Below are positions 14,529-31,240 of a stretch of DNA of 64,000 nucleotides, in pieces. Position numbers and translations under genes: made by a program. The DNA is from Chrysomallon squamiferum (lineage: Eukaryota > Animalia > Mollusca): contig CM022679.1 in NCBI GenBank assembly GCA_012295275.1, positions 24,428,001 to 24,492,000 of the forward strand, read 5' to 3'. The stretch's first letter is position 1, and the number at the start of each line of letters is the position of its first letter. Below the pieces are notes generated by a model. It did not search any database. It worked only from the letters and a program-made list of their open reading frames with translations, and was not told the origin of the DNA.

Positions 14529-16888
14529 ACATTGAATATCTTTGTTAAATCAATATATTTTCCTCAACAATTTTGCTAAATATCCTCTATCATACTGGAT
14601 ATAACATCGCATTTTCTGTTAGTAATATGATAACATTTTATAATAATTTACTGCCATATTTGACAGAAGATATTTTAATAGACTCAACCAGACATTACTG
14701 ATGTGATCAGTATTAAACCAAAAAAAAAAAAATGACCAATTTATTAACGAAATTAAAAACCATAAAAGGTAATAAAAGCACTTAAAATGTCACATAATCT
14801 TGAGAATTTTTTGACTGTCGTTGCTGCTTCAATTACTAGAACAGTAGTGCTATGGCTAAAACTACCACAACGACAACAACGACAGTATTACAACTGTTAT
14901 ACCACCACTACTATTACTACAATATTACTTATGCTCTAACTATTGCTATTAGCTATCACTAAGCTTTTTACTAGAATATCATTACTATTATATTATTATT
15001 ACTATTGTTATTACTTAATAATATAACTTCTGTTACTAGTTTTATGACACCTACTACTATTAAAAATATGAGCTTACTTTTTTTCCCCTCCATGTCATTA
15101 GTAGAGCGAATTAAAATCGAAGATTCAGTGGAAATTATACAGATATTGCTTTCCATTTAAAAACCGAAAATTAAATTTGTATATACATACATGTTGATAC
15201 ATTTTGCGCTGTTTAATAATGCGCTATATGGTTATCCATGTTGTGATAAACAAAACGATTTTGTATTTTAATCTCTTCCTTACAATATTTAATTGTCACC
15301 GACATTGACATTAAGTATTTCTCGGGGAAGATATAATTAAATACAAAACTAAAGTAGCTGTTACAAACTGACAAGTAGCAGACGATAAATACATATAACT
15401 TGTTTCGTGTCAGACGAGAAATGTTTTTTTTTTAATTAAGCAGACAACAGTGATTATCTCTGTTATAAGCTGTAACAGATTTCACTGGAAACGTTGTTTA
15501 ATGCATGGCTTTAGTTTCTTTAGGACTGTCTGTCTGTCTGTCTGTTTGTCTGTTTGTCTGCCTACTTACCTACCTATCTACGTACTCGTTTATCTTAATA
15601 TATATATATATCTATTGATCCATCCGTCCATCTGAAATCGTCCATCTGTCCATTTATTTATTCAATTATCTGCCTGCCTGTTTTATGTACGGTTAACTGT
15701 CTTTCTGTATCTGTCTTATTTATGTCTTTCCCTTATTTATTTATTTATTTTTTATTATTTTTTCGAATCAAAATTTATATGTAAAGTACATTCATAACTG
15801 TGTGTAACATTTTAAGAATTGTTGCCTGAGTATCTTAATGTTAGATATAGTCGCGATGTATGTGCGTGTTTATGCGTGTGTGGTTCATTATAATTAATGT
15901 ATTACGTTCGCTGTTTAAGTCAGGTTAAGCACGTAAAGCATTTTAGCGCAGTGTTGTAGATGTTTCTGAGATAATTTTTAAATTAACGCAGCCTGAATAT
16001 ATATTAAATACTGAGAAAGAGAAAGGCACGTTTTACACAACAATTACAGTCCCCCTGAAACGATCTATTCCATTTTTTAAAAACTTGGCCACACAGTCAC
16101 AACATCGTAATTTAGATGTTATCATTAAAACCTAGAATAAATTATTACAGCTGCGTTAATTTCTTTCACCTGAAAATCCGTGTGGAAACTTTTACAGAAA
16201 ATTGTCTTTGTTGATACGAATAAAAGTAATTTTATCCATTAAGGCATTAAAAAAAATAACTGTTAAACGATTTTGAGCACAACCGGAATTTGCCGACAAA
16301 AAAACATTAACAAAACCCATTTACATAAAGGTTTGACGAAATTCAGTTTAAGGATGATTAACAGAAAATGATATATCAATGTCTTTGTTATATATATATA
16401 TATACACACACTAGCGTTTGCTTTGTTTAACTGATAGTAATTTCTAGTTATGTTTTATTCTTTATACGTTTCCTTTCCTTCTTATTTGTTTTCTTTATAT
16501 ATATATATATATAGACATATTTATTTATTTATTTTAATTTTTTAATTTTGTAATTCTTTTTTTTTTTTTTTTTTATTTGTTTTGGTGGGAAACTGCAAAT
16601 GAGATACTAAAATAAAATTTTAAAAATTACAGCTATCCTTAGCCAGTGTTTTTTTTATGATTAAAAGAGCCAGAATTAGACGTGCTGACAGAGAGATAAA
16701 TATAACATAGACACTTAGAAAAAAAAAGAGATAGAAAAGAGAGAATCACGGAGAATTTAACTTAAAAGGATTGATAAGTAATGGAATGAGAAACAGAATA
16801 AGATAACTGAAACAAAATTAAGAATCAAACGAACGTGGAATGACTCAGTGCCATACGTATAAACTTTACTTTACATCTAAAATATAAA

Positions 16889-16937
<49 letters not shown>

Positions 16938-16999
16938 TGTGAACATCATTATTTCGTCGTTAATCGATAACTGATATTAAATTATGACTGTGAATATAT

Positions 17000-17167
17000 T
17001 AATAGAGAGTATTAATTTATAACATTAGAGAGATTATTAATTACTTTAGCAGTTTGTAATAATAATCACAGAATATTACTTTGTGTAAGTATTATAATAA
17101 TAATAATCAAATCGAGTTTTGTTTCTGAATTGGTAATCATAATTGTAGAGTATTGCTTTGTGAATGC

Positions 17168-17229
<62 letters not shown>

Positions 17230-17275
17230 CAAATGGAGTTTTACTTTATGAATTTATAATAATAAAAATCAGAAA
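17000..17275. repeat. Degenerate ~40/85-bp tandem repeat with embedded (AAT)n
   Basis: AGA(G/A)TATT(A/G)CTTTGTG..(AAT)n-CAAAT(C/G)GAGTTTT occurs twice, with related GAGT(A/T)TT subunits. Confidence 0.65.
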
Positions 17276-17319
17276 TAATTCACACATCAAACATACACTA
17301 TAATCTTCGATAGTTTAGT

Positions 17320-17410
17320 GGTACTGGTTGGAACGAACGGGAGACACATATTACTCTTCACACAGGCCGCGATTGATCCTGTGACCCACCACACTTTACT
17401 ACTGACTCGT
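17320..17410 (-). mobile_element. SINE head fragment, same family
   Basis: ACTGGTTGGAACGA...GATTGATCCTGTGACCCACCACAC is the reverse complement of the head region seen in other copies (TCGTTCCAGCCAGT; GGATCGATC). Confidence 0.5.
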
Positions 17411-18009
17411 AGACAGCCATCCAATTACAGAAGGTAGAAACTGAAAGCTGATATAGTGTTTCAAAGCACACACAGCTATAATCAGATGATGTGTATCGGT
17501 TCTAGTACTAAGTAATTCTCTTCTGTAACTTAGTAGGTCATCGGGGAATTCAAGGGTTAATCTGATATCAAAAGTCACGCATGTCACGCGAAGGGAGATC
17601 AAAAGAAATAATATTTCTAGTTAACATTCCTCATTAAATAATTAGCAGCTGGAATTGGATGTTTATAAGGTCTCTGCTGCTCCTTGCTAGAATTTTGTGA
17701 AGTCGGAAGCGGCTTGTGTTGCCGTCAGTAGGACAGAAGACATTAAATAATTCAGAGTAACATCGTTGGTTGGCCTTTAAATTTATAGACAATGAAGAAA
17801 AAAGAAAGTTCTCATTTGTGTAGCAGAATGAAATCTGATATCATCAGCTATTAGTAAGTACTGTCGTATCTTTCCTCGGGCAAAAACAGTAACCGTGTAT
17901 TTTAACAGCCGTCGCTAATTATGAACGGCGATGTCTTTGTTCAAGCCGAAAATGAACTGTACCTGGAACACACCTTTTATTTTCTGTATTCTAATAAATA
18001 TTATTGATA

Positions 18010-18410
18010 TGTTTATTGGCCAGTGAGGTATAATGTACTTTAATTACCATGAGAATAACTGTATTCAAGGTTTTTGACACGCCATAAACACCATAAACAA
18101 AGTACGTGTTTTTGTATATAATTCATACATTGACTGATCCAGATAACCAAAGACCGAGACAAAAATTACCATCAAAAGATAATATATTGTGATTGTGTGT
18201 TATGTAGGTTGGTTGAAAATAATCCATAACCATATTACGTATTTATATTTAAAATGTTGGTTGTTCCAGATAATCAGTGATCGAGAAAAAAATAAATAAT
18301 TTAATTACCTTTAGAATGTAATATATGTGGGTGAATGATGAAAATATTCTATGACCAAAAAAGGTATTTTTATTCAAAATTTGTACATTCATTGATTTAG
18401 GTGACCAAGA
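18010..18410. repeat. Old ~125-bp tandem repeat (2 clear copies, up to 4)
   Basis: TCCAGATAA.CA..GA.CGAGA.AAAAA...AATTACC...TAATATAT at about 18138 and 18264; weaker similarity at about 18015 and 18395. Confidence 0.5.
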
Positions 18411-20487
18411 AAAAAAAAAAAAAAAAAGAAGAAGAAAAAAAAAAAGAGTAATTAATTGCTATCAAAAATAATGTATACACATGAAAAGAAACTATGTGAT
18501 CATCAGTATATTTATATTAATGACTGTGACCTTTATTATTTATTTCCATCGTCGTTATTCACTGCGAGAACAAATGACTGTTCAAAGACGCAATGGCATT
18601 CAAGAAGCTCAATCTTTTGAATATTTCTATCAGATGGGTTTTTTATTTCTCTGGCTGTCGTAACTAATCTAAATCTGACAGATAATCTATCTGTTCAGAG
18701 CACAGAAATAACATATCACGTTGAAATGATTTCAAAGTAAGTCTATTATTTCTATGTTTCGTTTATGAACTTTGATATAACCATATTACTACTTCTGTTA
18801 TCACAGCTCCGTCATTAGCAGATACGACTATCACAGCTGTTGCTGTCTGTCATTACTGTTATTGACGTTTCACTGACAATACTGCTTCTGCTGTTAATAC
18901 ATGTTCTGCTTCATGTATGAATGTGTATGTATGTGTGTGTAATTGTTGTGTGTATTATTGTTTGTCTGTTATTACTGTTTTTGTTATGTCTGTTATCCTT
19001 CTACTACAACTACGTCTACCACCACTGCAAATTTTTTATTACAACTATTACGATATCAGTGGGTTGTATTTTTCTTTTATATATATTATTTCCTTCTTCT
19101 TTTTTTTTCTTTTCGTTTTTTTTTTCTTTTTTTTTTTTCTTTATTTACTTTTTATCTCTTTTTTTTAGATTTGTTTTTATTATTATTGTTTTTTATTATT
19201 ACATTTTTCCTCTTTCTTCTTTTTTTTTAAACTGAAAATAAAAGTTATAAAAGTTTATAAAATGTATATCCGTTGTTGCCAGTTATGAACAATGTTATAA
19301 ACTTCCAACAACCTCTGCTTATAAGTTTTCGATCCCCGTAGCTACCAAACAAATAACGCGGTGAAACCTCGCGTAATCTGAACGCCTAATCGATGTAAGA
19401 TGTCAATGTATTATTATTACCTTACCTAGTTATTTTGATTTTAATTTACCTTTCATTAATCCACTTCACTGATTTTCACCGACAGTATAAATAAATCGAA
19501 ATAAAGATTATAAAGCGGGCTATTACAAACGCGGCGTGTTCCTCGCGGGTATTCGTGGCTTTACCCACTTCCTATGTAGGTATCGAGCTGGGAATCGTAA
19601 AAATCAGAAAAAGAGAAAAATGTAATAAATAATGTATCTGTGTTTTTGTTATTACGCCGCCATCGTAGTCAGAGAAAAGTATTTTTTTTTTTTTTTGGTA
19701 TTATTGTTATTATTATTATTCCCCAGCACTAGTTAGAAACTAGATTTATTTTAATGTCTGTTTTACTGTAATACCAAAGGTAATTAATTACAGTGTGTAC
19801 TGGCTGTTTGGCGACGGTTCCGCGTGTAGGTGTGTGTTAATGACGTCGTTCATGATGAGTCATGTCATTGTGGTAGACGTAGTTGCAGGCTTGTTTTGTA
19901 ATCATGTATACATTACTGTTATCGCTTGGGGAACAGATGATGACCACGGTGTAAACAGGATTTTAATTCTTGTAATGAAACTGTCACTAGTTAGGTGTAA
20001 CACTCCCTCAGGTTAATTTAGTGACTTCTTGTAGTGTAAAGAGTTCAGACAGGAACGTCGCTGCACTGGAGTATGTTAAATATGCCGAGAGTATTTCATA
20101 TTGTTGATGTTCATCATAATGCTGGTGTTGTTGTTTTGTTGATGTTGTTGTTGTTGTTGTTGTTGTTGTTCTTCTTCTTTTTTTATTTTTTTTTTTATTT
20201 TATTTTTATTCGTTTCCATTCGAAGTAACATTATACCATGTTTCAATCAATGGTCTTTTTTGTTATTTTTGCTTGTTTTGCTTTTATGTTGTTTTTGTTT
20301 TCTAAATTATTTATAGCGGGCTTTATAAGTATCGGGTTTCTTTCTTTTTAATTATTTATTTATTTTATTTTATTTTATTTTATTTTATTTTATTTTTTTT
20401 TTTTTTTTTTTTAGCTTTATACACAAACTCATTTCATCTTGAAAGTCATGTCCCACTTTTATCATAAAACTCTCCAACTTTTCTGAG

Positions 20488-20504
20488 TCCTCGATCCGCC
20501 CCTG
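20488..20504. mobile_element. Possible terminal remnant of a CAGGGGCGGATCC-type non-autonomous DNA element
   Basis: TCCTCGATCCGCCCCTG; a related opposite-orientation end CCAGGACGGATCCATTTTTCAAAAGAGGGG at 13682-13712. Short matches only. Confidence 0.3.
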
Positions 20505-20704
20505 GAAACAATTACATTACTTTGAAGTCATTAAATTTAGTTTCAAAGGTTAATTGGAATCGTTCTGATGTTGTAATATGAATTAACACTTGTAATAAGG
20601 TCAATGAAACTTTAATATGAGAAAAATACATACAAAAAAGGATAATATTAAAAAAATCATATATTAAAAATAAAGAAGTTAACTATCTTCGTTTTAGCTA
20701 GCAG

Positions 20705-20870
20705 AATATCGTTCAGCATTTTGGGTCTCAGGCTCGGTTCTTCTCATTGGATTATTTCTCGTTCAAACCAGTGCTCAGATATTTATTTATATATATAAAA
20801 CCAAATGTATGTGTTTTCCCATCTCTCGGAATACTTGATAAAAGATCGTTTGCTGTTAATAAGGAATCTC
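20705..20870 (+). mobile_element. SINE fragment, same family
   Basis: ATTGGATTATTTCTCGTTCAAACCAGTGCTC...ATAAAAGATCGTTTGCTGTTAAT aligns with 7800-7912. Confidence 0.6.
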
Positions 20871-21537
20871 TTTTTGACTTTAATAGTTCATTTGTCTGTT
20901 GTTAATATTCTCCCATTTTCAAGACGTCGATGTTGCTACGCAGTCTAGACACAGTTGCAGTCACAGCTGCTGGCAGTTTTATTTTATTGTTTTGCTGTAC
21001 ATCGTGCACCTTTTATTTCATTTAATTTTTTTCGTGTTTCTTATCTGAACACAATAAATAAAACAATGTTAATTAATAATTAAAGGATGCAAATTAATAA
21101 TTACGAATATGCGCACATGATCTCAGATAAGATAACTGAAGAAAAAAAAAAGAGACTTTCTAATAGGTTATCTAGAGAATAACCTGTTGTTTATTAGCGG
21201 AAGACATCCATTTATTTTTTAAAACTAAACATTCTTTTGAGAGGTTCTTTAGTGTAACCGGAACCAAGTACGTAATTTATACATTACATCTTGTTTATTT
21301 TATTGAAATATAATTAAATTTTATGTCTTGGCCGTTCTCACCTCTCTCCGTTAGTTCTCGTTAACTCCAGGAGCTACACAAAGTGTTTTATCATTCTGAG
21401 ACAAGGCGGTCTTTTCCGAAGACAATTAAAACAAAGTTAGCACAATTTATGTGTGTTTTAGAGTAACATCACATACATTATCGGCAATAGCAGAAAAATG
21501 GGCCGCTACTGTATTATATTACAAAGCTGTATATATA

Positions 21538-21590
<53 letters not shown>

Positions 21591-22033
21591 AGAATAATAA
21601 TTTAAGATAAAAAATAAAATAAAATAAGAAAAAAAAAAACGTTTAATGAAAATACACAAAAAAACCACCTGAAAAGGATATCAAAATTCACTTACTTTTA
21701 ATATTAGATATCAATGATTTCACACTAATTAGGTTTGTAACAGCAGAACATTGATTAATCATTATCAGTCAACCTGAGTTTTGGCAAAAATTGATCTAAG
21801 CCTTTTTTACATTTGAGTTCTTCATATAAAACATTTAGAGATTAAATATCATTCTGTATGAAATTGCCTTTTTACCTATCATATTCTGTCAATATTCAGA
21901 TTTTTCATAACGTTTTCGGAAACATTAATTTCTTTTTCTTGCTTTAAAGTATTATAGATATGAAACTTTCATTAACTTGATACTGCTGTCGTTGCTGTTA
22001 TTATTGATGATGCTGCTATTGTTCTTGTTGTTG

Positions 22034-22086
<53 letters not shown>

Positions 22087-22252
22087 GCTACTGCTGCCGT
22101 CATTGTTATTATTGCTATGTTGTCGTTATTCTTCTGTTGCTATTTGTTTTGTTTTTATTATTGTTCTTCTTCTTCGGTTTCTTCTGTTTATTATTATTAT
22201 TATTATTATTATTATATTATTATTTGTAGTCTCTCTCTATATATATCCCTCT

Positions 22253-22371
<119 letters not shown>

Positions 22372-22740
22372 CCGGTTATTTAGCTCCATTATAACATACG
22401 TAATACATTTTTTTTAACACGTTCACCTTCTGCTTCCTCTCTATCTCACGATTCTAAGGTTCTGTCGACTTGTTCTGTCAAGATCTGTCATGTTTCTTTG
22501 ACAGAACAATCTGTTCAGGTTTCAGTTGCACGTTTAAGTCATGAAGTAAAGCCGAAAGTAATCCAGCTTTGTCATACAGGAAAAAAGAAAATTCCACACT
22601 GCGGATAAAGAGAGTTCAAATCTTTGAATAAACAAATAATGAAATAAAGATTCTAGTATTAGATTATGCATAGAGTGATCATGAAGAAAAAACATTTGGA
22701 CTCCTAGATAAAGAAAATAATTAAAAGTGAACGTGAGTGT

Positions 22741-22821
<81 letters not shown>

Positions 22822-22848
22822 TAAAAACAAGTCCAAAAACCAATATCA

Positions 22849-22909
<61 letters not shown>

Positions 22910-23246
22910 ATCTTGACTTGTACGTATGTGTTACTAATACTGTTTTCGGTGTTAAAGCAGAAATAAAGAATACTCTAAAGGAAACAACAAGCGTAAATAC
23001 AGTATTGTACAGACAAGACTTGTTAATACGCGTTAGGAGTATTAAACATTTTATTATCAGTCAGAACGCCTTATAAAGCAATAAATGTTTTTGCTACAAC
23101 AGAACGCTATAAACTACAGAACAAAACAGTCTACATGCAATATGATAACCTCTGCAAAGGACTGATCTCGCCATCTGTAGAATGAATTCAGTTCTTCCGC
23201 AAAACATTCGGTGCTAAAATATTCAACTACTGAATTTTAAATAATA

Positions 23247-23302
<56 letters not shown>

Positions 23303-23981
23303 GTTATTGTTATTATTATTAATATTATTATTTGTTTATTTATTTACCTATCTGTCTGTCTATCTGTCTGTCTATTTATCTACCTTTCAAGCTATAGATA
23401 TATGTCTGTCATTTACTTATCTGTCTATCTATCTATATCTCTAACTATCAATATGTTTCACCTAATTATCCATTTAAATAATTAGGCTAAATATAATTGA
23501 AATACTTATCATCCTCTGTTATTTCCATACCTTTATTATTATTTTAAACAATTTATTTATTTATTAAGCATCATTTTCATCTCAAACTCCAGTGAAGTAA
23601 ATCCTGTCGAAAACACATCGAGAATTTTGAAAAATAAACTACGCACTTAAATCGGCAATACGTGATTGGTGTTTTTCTTCTGTATGACAAACTGATGCTT
23701 TGTGTTGTGATGACTGCCTGCAGGTAAAATGATTTTTGTTAAGTATTTGTGTTAAGTGCGCAGAAGCTGATAATCCTCATACATGCTAAAAATGCCGATC
23801 ACGCGGACATGCAGTGATATAGGTATACTGATGTTTATGACGTGTAATGTGATACATCACAGCGTGGTGGACTACTGATAAGTATAATGTTATATACGTA
23901 GTATGTATATAAATCAGTTCAGATTATTTGTATATAGTAATATATTTACCATTTGTTTTTATTCATTATTGTTGTACAGCT

Positions 23982-24092
<111 letters not shown>

Positions 24093-24657
24093 CTCCTACT
24101 CGTCCTTACCTTCCTACGAAACAAATTAATTCTGTTCTGTCAGACGTTATGTAGAACATAGATATCTTACACAGATACAAATCAAATGTCATCTGTTTTG
24201 CTATTTTCTGCAATCAGTCTTTTATTCTGCTAGCACTCGAGGAATCCAGTAAAAATGTTCATAATCTCTCCGACGCGTGATTCGAACGATCTTCGGAGGT
24301 GTCATTAAGCAAACAATCCTTTTCTTTATCGCAGACTCGGGTATAATACGTCATCGCTAATGGTACGAATCGGAATAATTTAGTTTTCAAAATCGCACTA
24401 CTGGGAAACGGCTTGCATCAGAAGTTGCTAGGATTTGCAGCTTGTCTTGGTTAATTTTTGCAGTTATAAATAAAACAGTACTTCGGTGGTCTCTGCTGTT
24501 CAGCTGCAGGCGTCTCTCCTGAAAAATTGCCGGATCATCCGGTTTAGCGCAATCAAGAGTAATCTAGTAATATGAAACCAGATATATTGAGGGGAAAGAG
24601 AATGAATCATCGGTCTAAAGCTGGCTCCGCTCCGTCTGTATCTCTGTTCGTATAATA

Positions 24658-24773
<116 letters not shown>

Positions 24774-24859
24774 GTGTATATTGATATTTTTTTTATTTAT
24801 TTATTTTATTATTTTTTATTTATTTATGATGATGATGATGATGATGATGATTATTATTA

Positions 24860-24901
<42 letters not shown>

Positions 24902-25575
24902 TGTATTATTATTATTATTATTATTATTTGATTTGGGAAAAATAATTATACTTAATAATTTCGATTTGCTGACGTTAGTATATAGTATCCTAAAGATCAA
25001 CATTTGCGGCTATATGGGACCATCCTATGGTGAGAGTCATGCATTTGGATTCATAACTAAGAATAAAAATTATTAAGAAAATGATATAATAAAATAAAAT
25101 AAAATAAAATAAAATAAATACACGTAATTTTGAATAGTATACCATCTCACAGCATTCATAGATTTAAAAAAAAAAAAAAAAAAAAATCTATATTGCAGTC
25201 TTATATTTTTTTCTCTTGCATAGATAACTACCTGTGATGTAATTATATTTGTCTTATTAAAAATGTATGTAAGCTGTCCACACATTCGCAGTGCATGGTA
25301 ACATTAACTGACCGTTGATAATAAATTAATCAATCACAGCCCATATCACTGGGCATCCGAACATAACTCTGCATATATGACAACTATCTGTAGAATTTTT
25401 TGTATACATGATATCATCATCACGTCATTATCATCATCATCATCATCATCAATATCATCATATGAATGGATTATGAGTATGTGGGAGGATTAGATGGATT
25501 AGATTAGACAAATATTGTAGTTTGTAGTGAAGATGGTGTGATGATGATAATAAGGACAGCAACAGCAGCAGCAGC

Positions 25576-25644
<69 letters not shown>

Positions 25645-25668
25645 AATAATAATAATAATAATAATGAC

Positions 25669-25709
25669 AATGTCAGTACGGGAAACTTTCTTTCCCTCGT
25701 ACTGACATT
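25669..25709. repeat. Compact inverted repeat / hairpin
   Basis: AATGTCAGTACG-GGAAA-CTTTC-TTTCC-CT-CGTACTGACATT: 12-bp perfect outer stem, 5-bp inner stem. Confidence 0.85.
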
Positions 25710-26228
25710 TTTGTATTTAATTTATTAATTTAATTTTAAGCAAGTTTCAGTTTTCATTCCGTGACCCATCCGTCCATTCAGTTAAAGTCTTTGTTCATTC
25801 ATTCACTGAATTGAATTTCTGCCCAACACAGTAAGGTTATAGCGTGCTGTCTAAAAAATATGACTTCAGTAATTAAACTTCACACGGGTCTTCATTTTTT
25901 TAAGAGTTACATTTCCTGAATCTGTGACGTCACAACTCTGGAACTGACGTCGACATCTGGATAATCGTGTCAGTTTGAGTACATTAATCTGGCTTCTTTT
26001 ATTCTCTTATTTCCTTTTATTCTATTTTAACTTCGTCTTTTTTTTTTTTTTTTCTTCTTTCTTTCTCTCTTTTTCAATGTCCATGAAAGAAAAATTAGAG
26101 AAAAGTAGCTGTAAAAATTAAAATAATAATAAAAAAAATTAAATAAATAAATAAAAATCAAAGAATCAAAATTGAGACGAGAAGAACAAGAGAAGTCCAG
26201 ATGGAAGGATAGGGTATACAGAAAGATG

Positions 26229-26310
<82 letters not shown>

Positions 26311-27134
26311 AAAAATAGTTGACAGAAATTAAAACAAAAAAAAGTTAAAATATATAACTGTATATCTAAATCACTAGAACGAAATTGACATCAATGCCAG
26401 CATTTATCACAAGCTTGAATGGTTTTTCTTTTCTCTTATCCGATTACCTTTTCACACTTCTTTTTATATACCTTTTCCTTTTCTTTTAATATAAAAAAGT
26501 AAAACAAAATTAAAAATAAAAATAATTGCAGCCGTTAAAAACTGATTAAAATAAATCTTCGTAATACTAAATAAAATGAAATGAACAGATTGATTTTTAT
26601 TCTACTGTATCATATCATATTTTTTTCGTTTCTATTTCTTTTTTCTTTTTTTTTTCTTTACTTTTTTTTAAAATCTATTTTGAGACATGTCTGTACAATT
26701 ATTTCTCTCTCTCGCTTTGCGAAAATGATTTATTTTACATAAAGGTTATAACAATAAAATAAAAATAAACAGAGAAGATACGTTGTAAGGTGATCAAGTA
26801 CTTTTTGTATAAATAGACAGAAAGTCTACAGTTCATATTTTATTAAGATTTTGTTCTCTTTGTTTATTTAAAAAAATATATATATATATTTGTGGGGAAT
26901 GTTTCGGTAGATTTTCAGTTTCCTATCGCCGTTTGTTTTTTATTTTTTATTATAATGTATGTGCGCTCATACTTACGTTTATATGTTTTCGTCTGTCTTC
27001 GGGATGTGTATTATGTTCAGAGCTGATTGTTTTTTTGTTTATTATTTACATTTACTTTTATGTATTGCAGAAAGAAACTTCAAGTAACCATGGATTACGT
27101 GACTCAGAAGGTAATAATGTATTTCTGTTATTAT

Positions 27135-27228
<94 letters not shown>

Positions 27229-27407
27229 CTTTCTCTTTGTTTCTCTATGTGTGTCTTACTTTCTTTCTCTCTCACTTCCACATCCCTCGCTCTTTCCCCT
27301 GCTTTCTTTTCCATTATTAGCAGAGAAAAATAAATCAAACATCAGTTCTGATTTATAGGATACTGCCTAGCCCTTAGTTGATACTTAATTTGGTATATAT
27401 CGATATC

Positions 27408-27446
<39 letters not shown>

Positions 27447-27918
27447 CTATACGCACTGCACATACATGCACATTATACAAGAACACATACACATAAAAAT
27501 TATATATGATTTCAATTTCCAGATTTGTTTTTTCTTCTTCTTCTTTAATTTTTATTATTATTATCACTGCATTTGATTTGATTTAATACGGAATGCTCAT
27601 TAATGATTCATATGCTTTTTTAATGAATAAAATGGAAAGAGAAATAAAAACGTACACTGATAATGTTGCCTCAGAGACATAATGGATTAAAAAGAAAGAT
27701 ACAACCGAAAGAATAATGTGATGATGGATTAAAGCACTAAACAGACTGTAAAACAGGCAGGTGGGGTTTATCAAGTGGGACAAATAATAATAATAACAAT
27801 AACGCACTGAACCTTAACATTTCATATCTCAAAAAAACCCAAAAAACAATTGGAAACAAAAAGAAAAAAACAAAAGAAAAACCACAGTTAAATGATTAAA
27901 GACATAGATATTATTCAT

Positions 27919-28992
<1,074 letters not shown>

Positions 28993-30017
28993 TGTCCTTC
29001 ATTCATTACGGTCGCCAGTCATGACAAAACAGTTGATAATCCTTCAAGTGCGGAACCAATCAACTCGAGTGCACTGAAATGCTGATCAGTAGCTTATCGC
29101 ACGTCATACATGGCGAAAAACAGCAAAAAGTCGATTAAAACCATATTTTAATCAACCATATATATCATTATTTTCGATCTGCATTGTTCAAATAGTCTAT
29201 CAAAGAAACGTTTGTTTATTATTTCAGAAATTTTTAGGGATAATGTTTCTGAACAAAATAATACAGTTAATTTTTAGAATGTAACGAAATATCGCAGAAT
29301 CTCGCAAATGCGTGATTTTATTTTGAAGTAAGAAGATTACTTCCTTTTTTTCCCCGCTCCCTTTCTTTGTGCTTATCGTTCAAGAGCTATATTCATTTGA
29401 GTGAATAAAGAAAACAGCTTGCTGGGATTCTCTCAAATAATCGTCGGGTTGGCTTCTTCCTTTCATTAATAGTTTACGTCATTTGACTTTTTTTTTCTTA
29501 ACTATTTGGAGGGATACTATCGGTCTCTCTGTGTTTTTTAATCTGTTTATCTTTATATCTGTCTATCCATCTTTATATCTTCTGTTTATTTATTTATCAA
29601 TCTGTCTATCTGTGTATCTGTCTGTCTGTTTATCTCTCATATTTATCTAATTTATCTCCTACCTACACACGAGTACAGGCACCTACCTACACAACCATAG
29701 GCACACGCATGTTTCAAAGACACGTTCCACAAAAAGTAGCAGAAAGTGCACAGTTGTTAGTATTCTTTCAACAAACGTATAAAGCCTGACCTCTTTAGGC
29801 CTATATATCTACGTGCTACAGCCCGCTCACTCTAGAACCAGGACCACCTAACTGGCTGTAATAGATATCGATAACAATAATCTATTAACGCAGTGAAATA
29901 AAATGGCGATAAATATTAGTTTAAACAGAACATAACGAAAAGTACTGACCTGCGTGTCAGCTACGTGAATCACGTAAGGAAAAGAAATACTTAAAATCAT
30001 TGTTCACTGGAATTCAG

Positions 30018-30055
<38 letters not shown>

Positions 30056-30339
30056 AAAGAAAAAAAAAGACCAAATAAATAAAAAATACCTATTGTTTGC
30101 TTGGGTTTTTTTGTTGTTGTTTTCTTTATATATATAAAAAAAAAATCTATGTTTAAACCATTTAAATTCAAAACAGTTTACCGTATCAGTATTTATTTTA
30201 TAATACCTGAACTAATTGGTTTTAAATAATGAAAGCCATTGTTCACTGATATTCAATTTAACAGTTTTGTAAAAAAAAAAAAAAAAAAGGTCTAAGAATA
30301 TTAAGAGTAAACAAATCTTGGGATATTTTATGAAAGTAA

Positions 30340-30400
30340 CTCCAACCAGGGATTGATCTTGCAACCCATTAGGCTTCGGACTTGAAATGTAACCATTACA
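30340..30400 (-). mobile_element. SINE head fragment
   Basis: CCAACCAGGGATTGATCTTGCAACCCAT resembles 17369-17390 and the reverse complement of 7775-7795. Confidence 0.35.
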
Positions 30401-30828
30401 AAAACTGAAAGTGAACAGATCAAATTGCTGAAATAAAATGGACTTATTACCACGTAATTGACAAATTTGTTTTCAGGGCACGATATAAATAACAGAATCA
30501 AAAGGAAAAAAACAAAACAAAGCCAATCAGTGCTTTGCTTGAAGAACCATTATATTTCACGTATGGCAGTTAGTGACATACGAACTGTCAAGCGAGATTG
30601 GAACGTGGCAAAGTAGGTTAATTAGAAATTTTTGCTTCCTAAAATAATGGGGTTTTTTTTTTTTTTTTGGTAATTTCTTTTTTCTTTTACGCTATTACAC
30701 AACAGGTTATCTTAATGATTGCTATTAGTTTATTTATAACATTCGCACGTAATAAATTTTAATCTTTCTTAAAGAAGTCAATAAAGTTTTAGCATGAATA
30801 ATTCAATCGAAATGATCGGAAACGTGAA

Positions 30829-30896
<68 letters not shown>

Positions 30897-31059
30897 TTGT
30901 TTTTTGTTGCTACTATTGTTTCTGCTATTACTACAACCGTTAGACAGTTAATAATACTGCAACACCTACTACTACTACTATTCCTACCACTACTACTTTT
31001 GCTGCAACTGGTATCACCACATTTCTGTATCATCCTGGGATCATTGAACAGTTAAAACC

Positions 31060-31240
31060 AAGGAAGAAAGAAATGCTTTACTAATAATTTAATGATTTTC
31101 TCTGGTTATGGTTAAGGACTACACAAATAAAAGAAAAGGTAACTCTAAATACAACGATATTTGATAAACATTATTGGACAGTGATAGAAAAGGAAATTAG
31201 TCCAATGAGAGAAGTAGTAGATTTATTATATTCCACTTAA
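31060..31240 (-). mobile_element. SINE fragment, same family, internally deleted
   Basis: AAGAAAGAAATGCTTTA (reverse complement of tail 8080-8095), ATGGTTAAGGACTACACA, and AAGGAAATTAGTCCAATGAG (reverse complement of 20743-20762). Confidence 0.55.
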
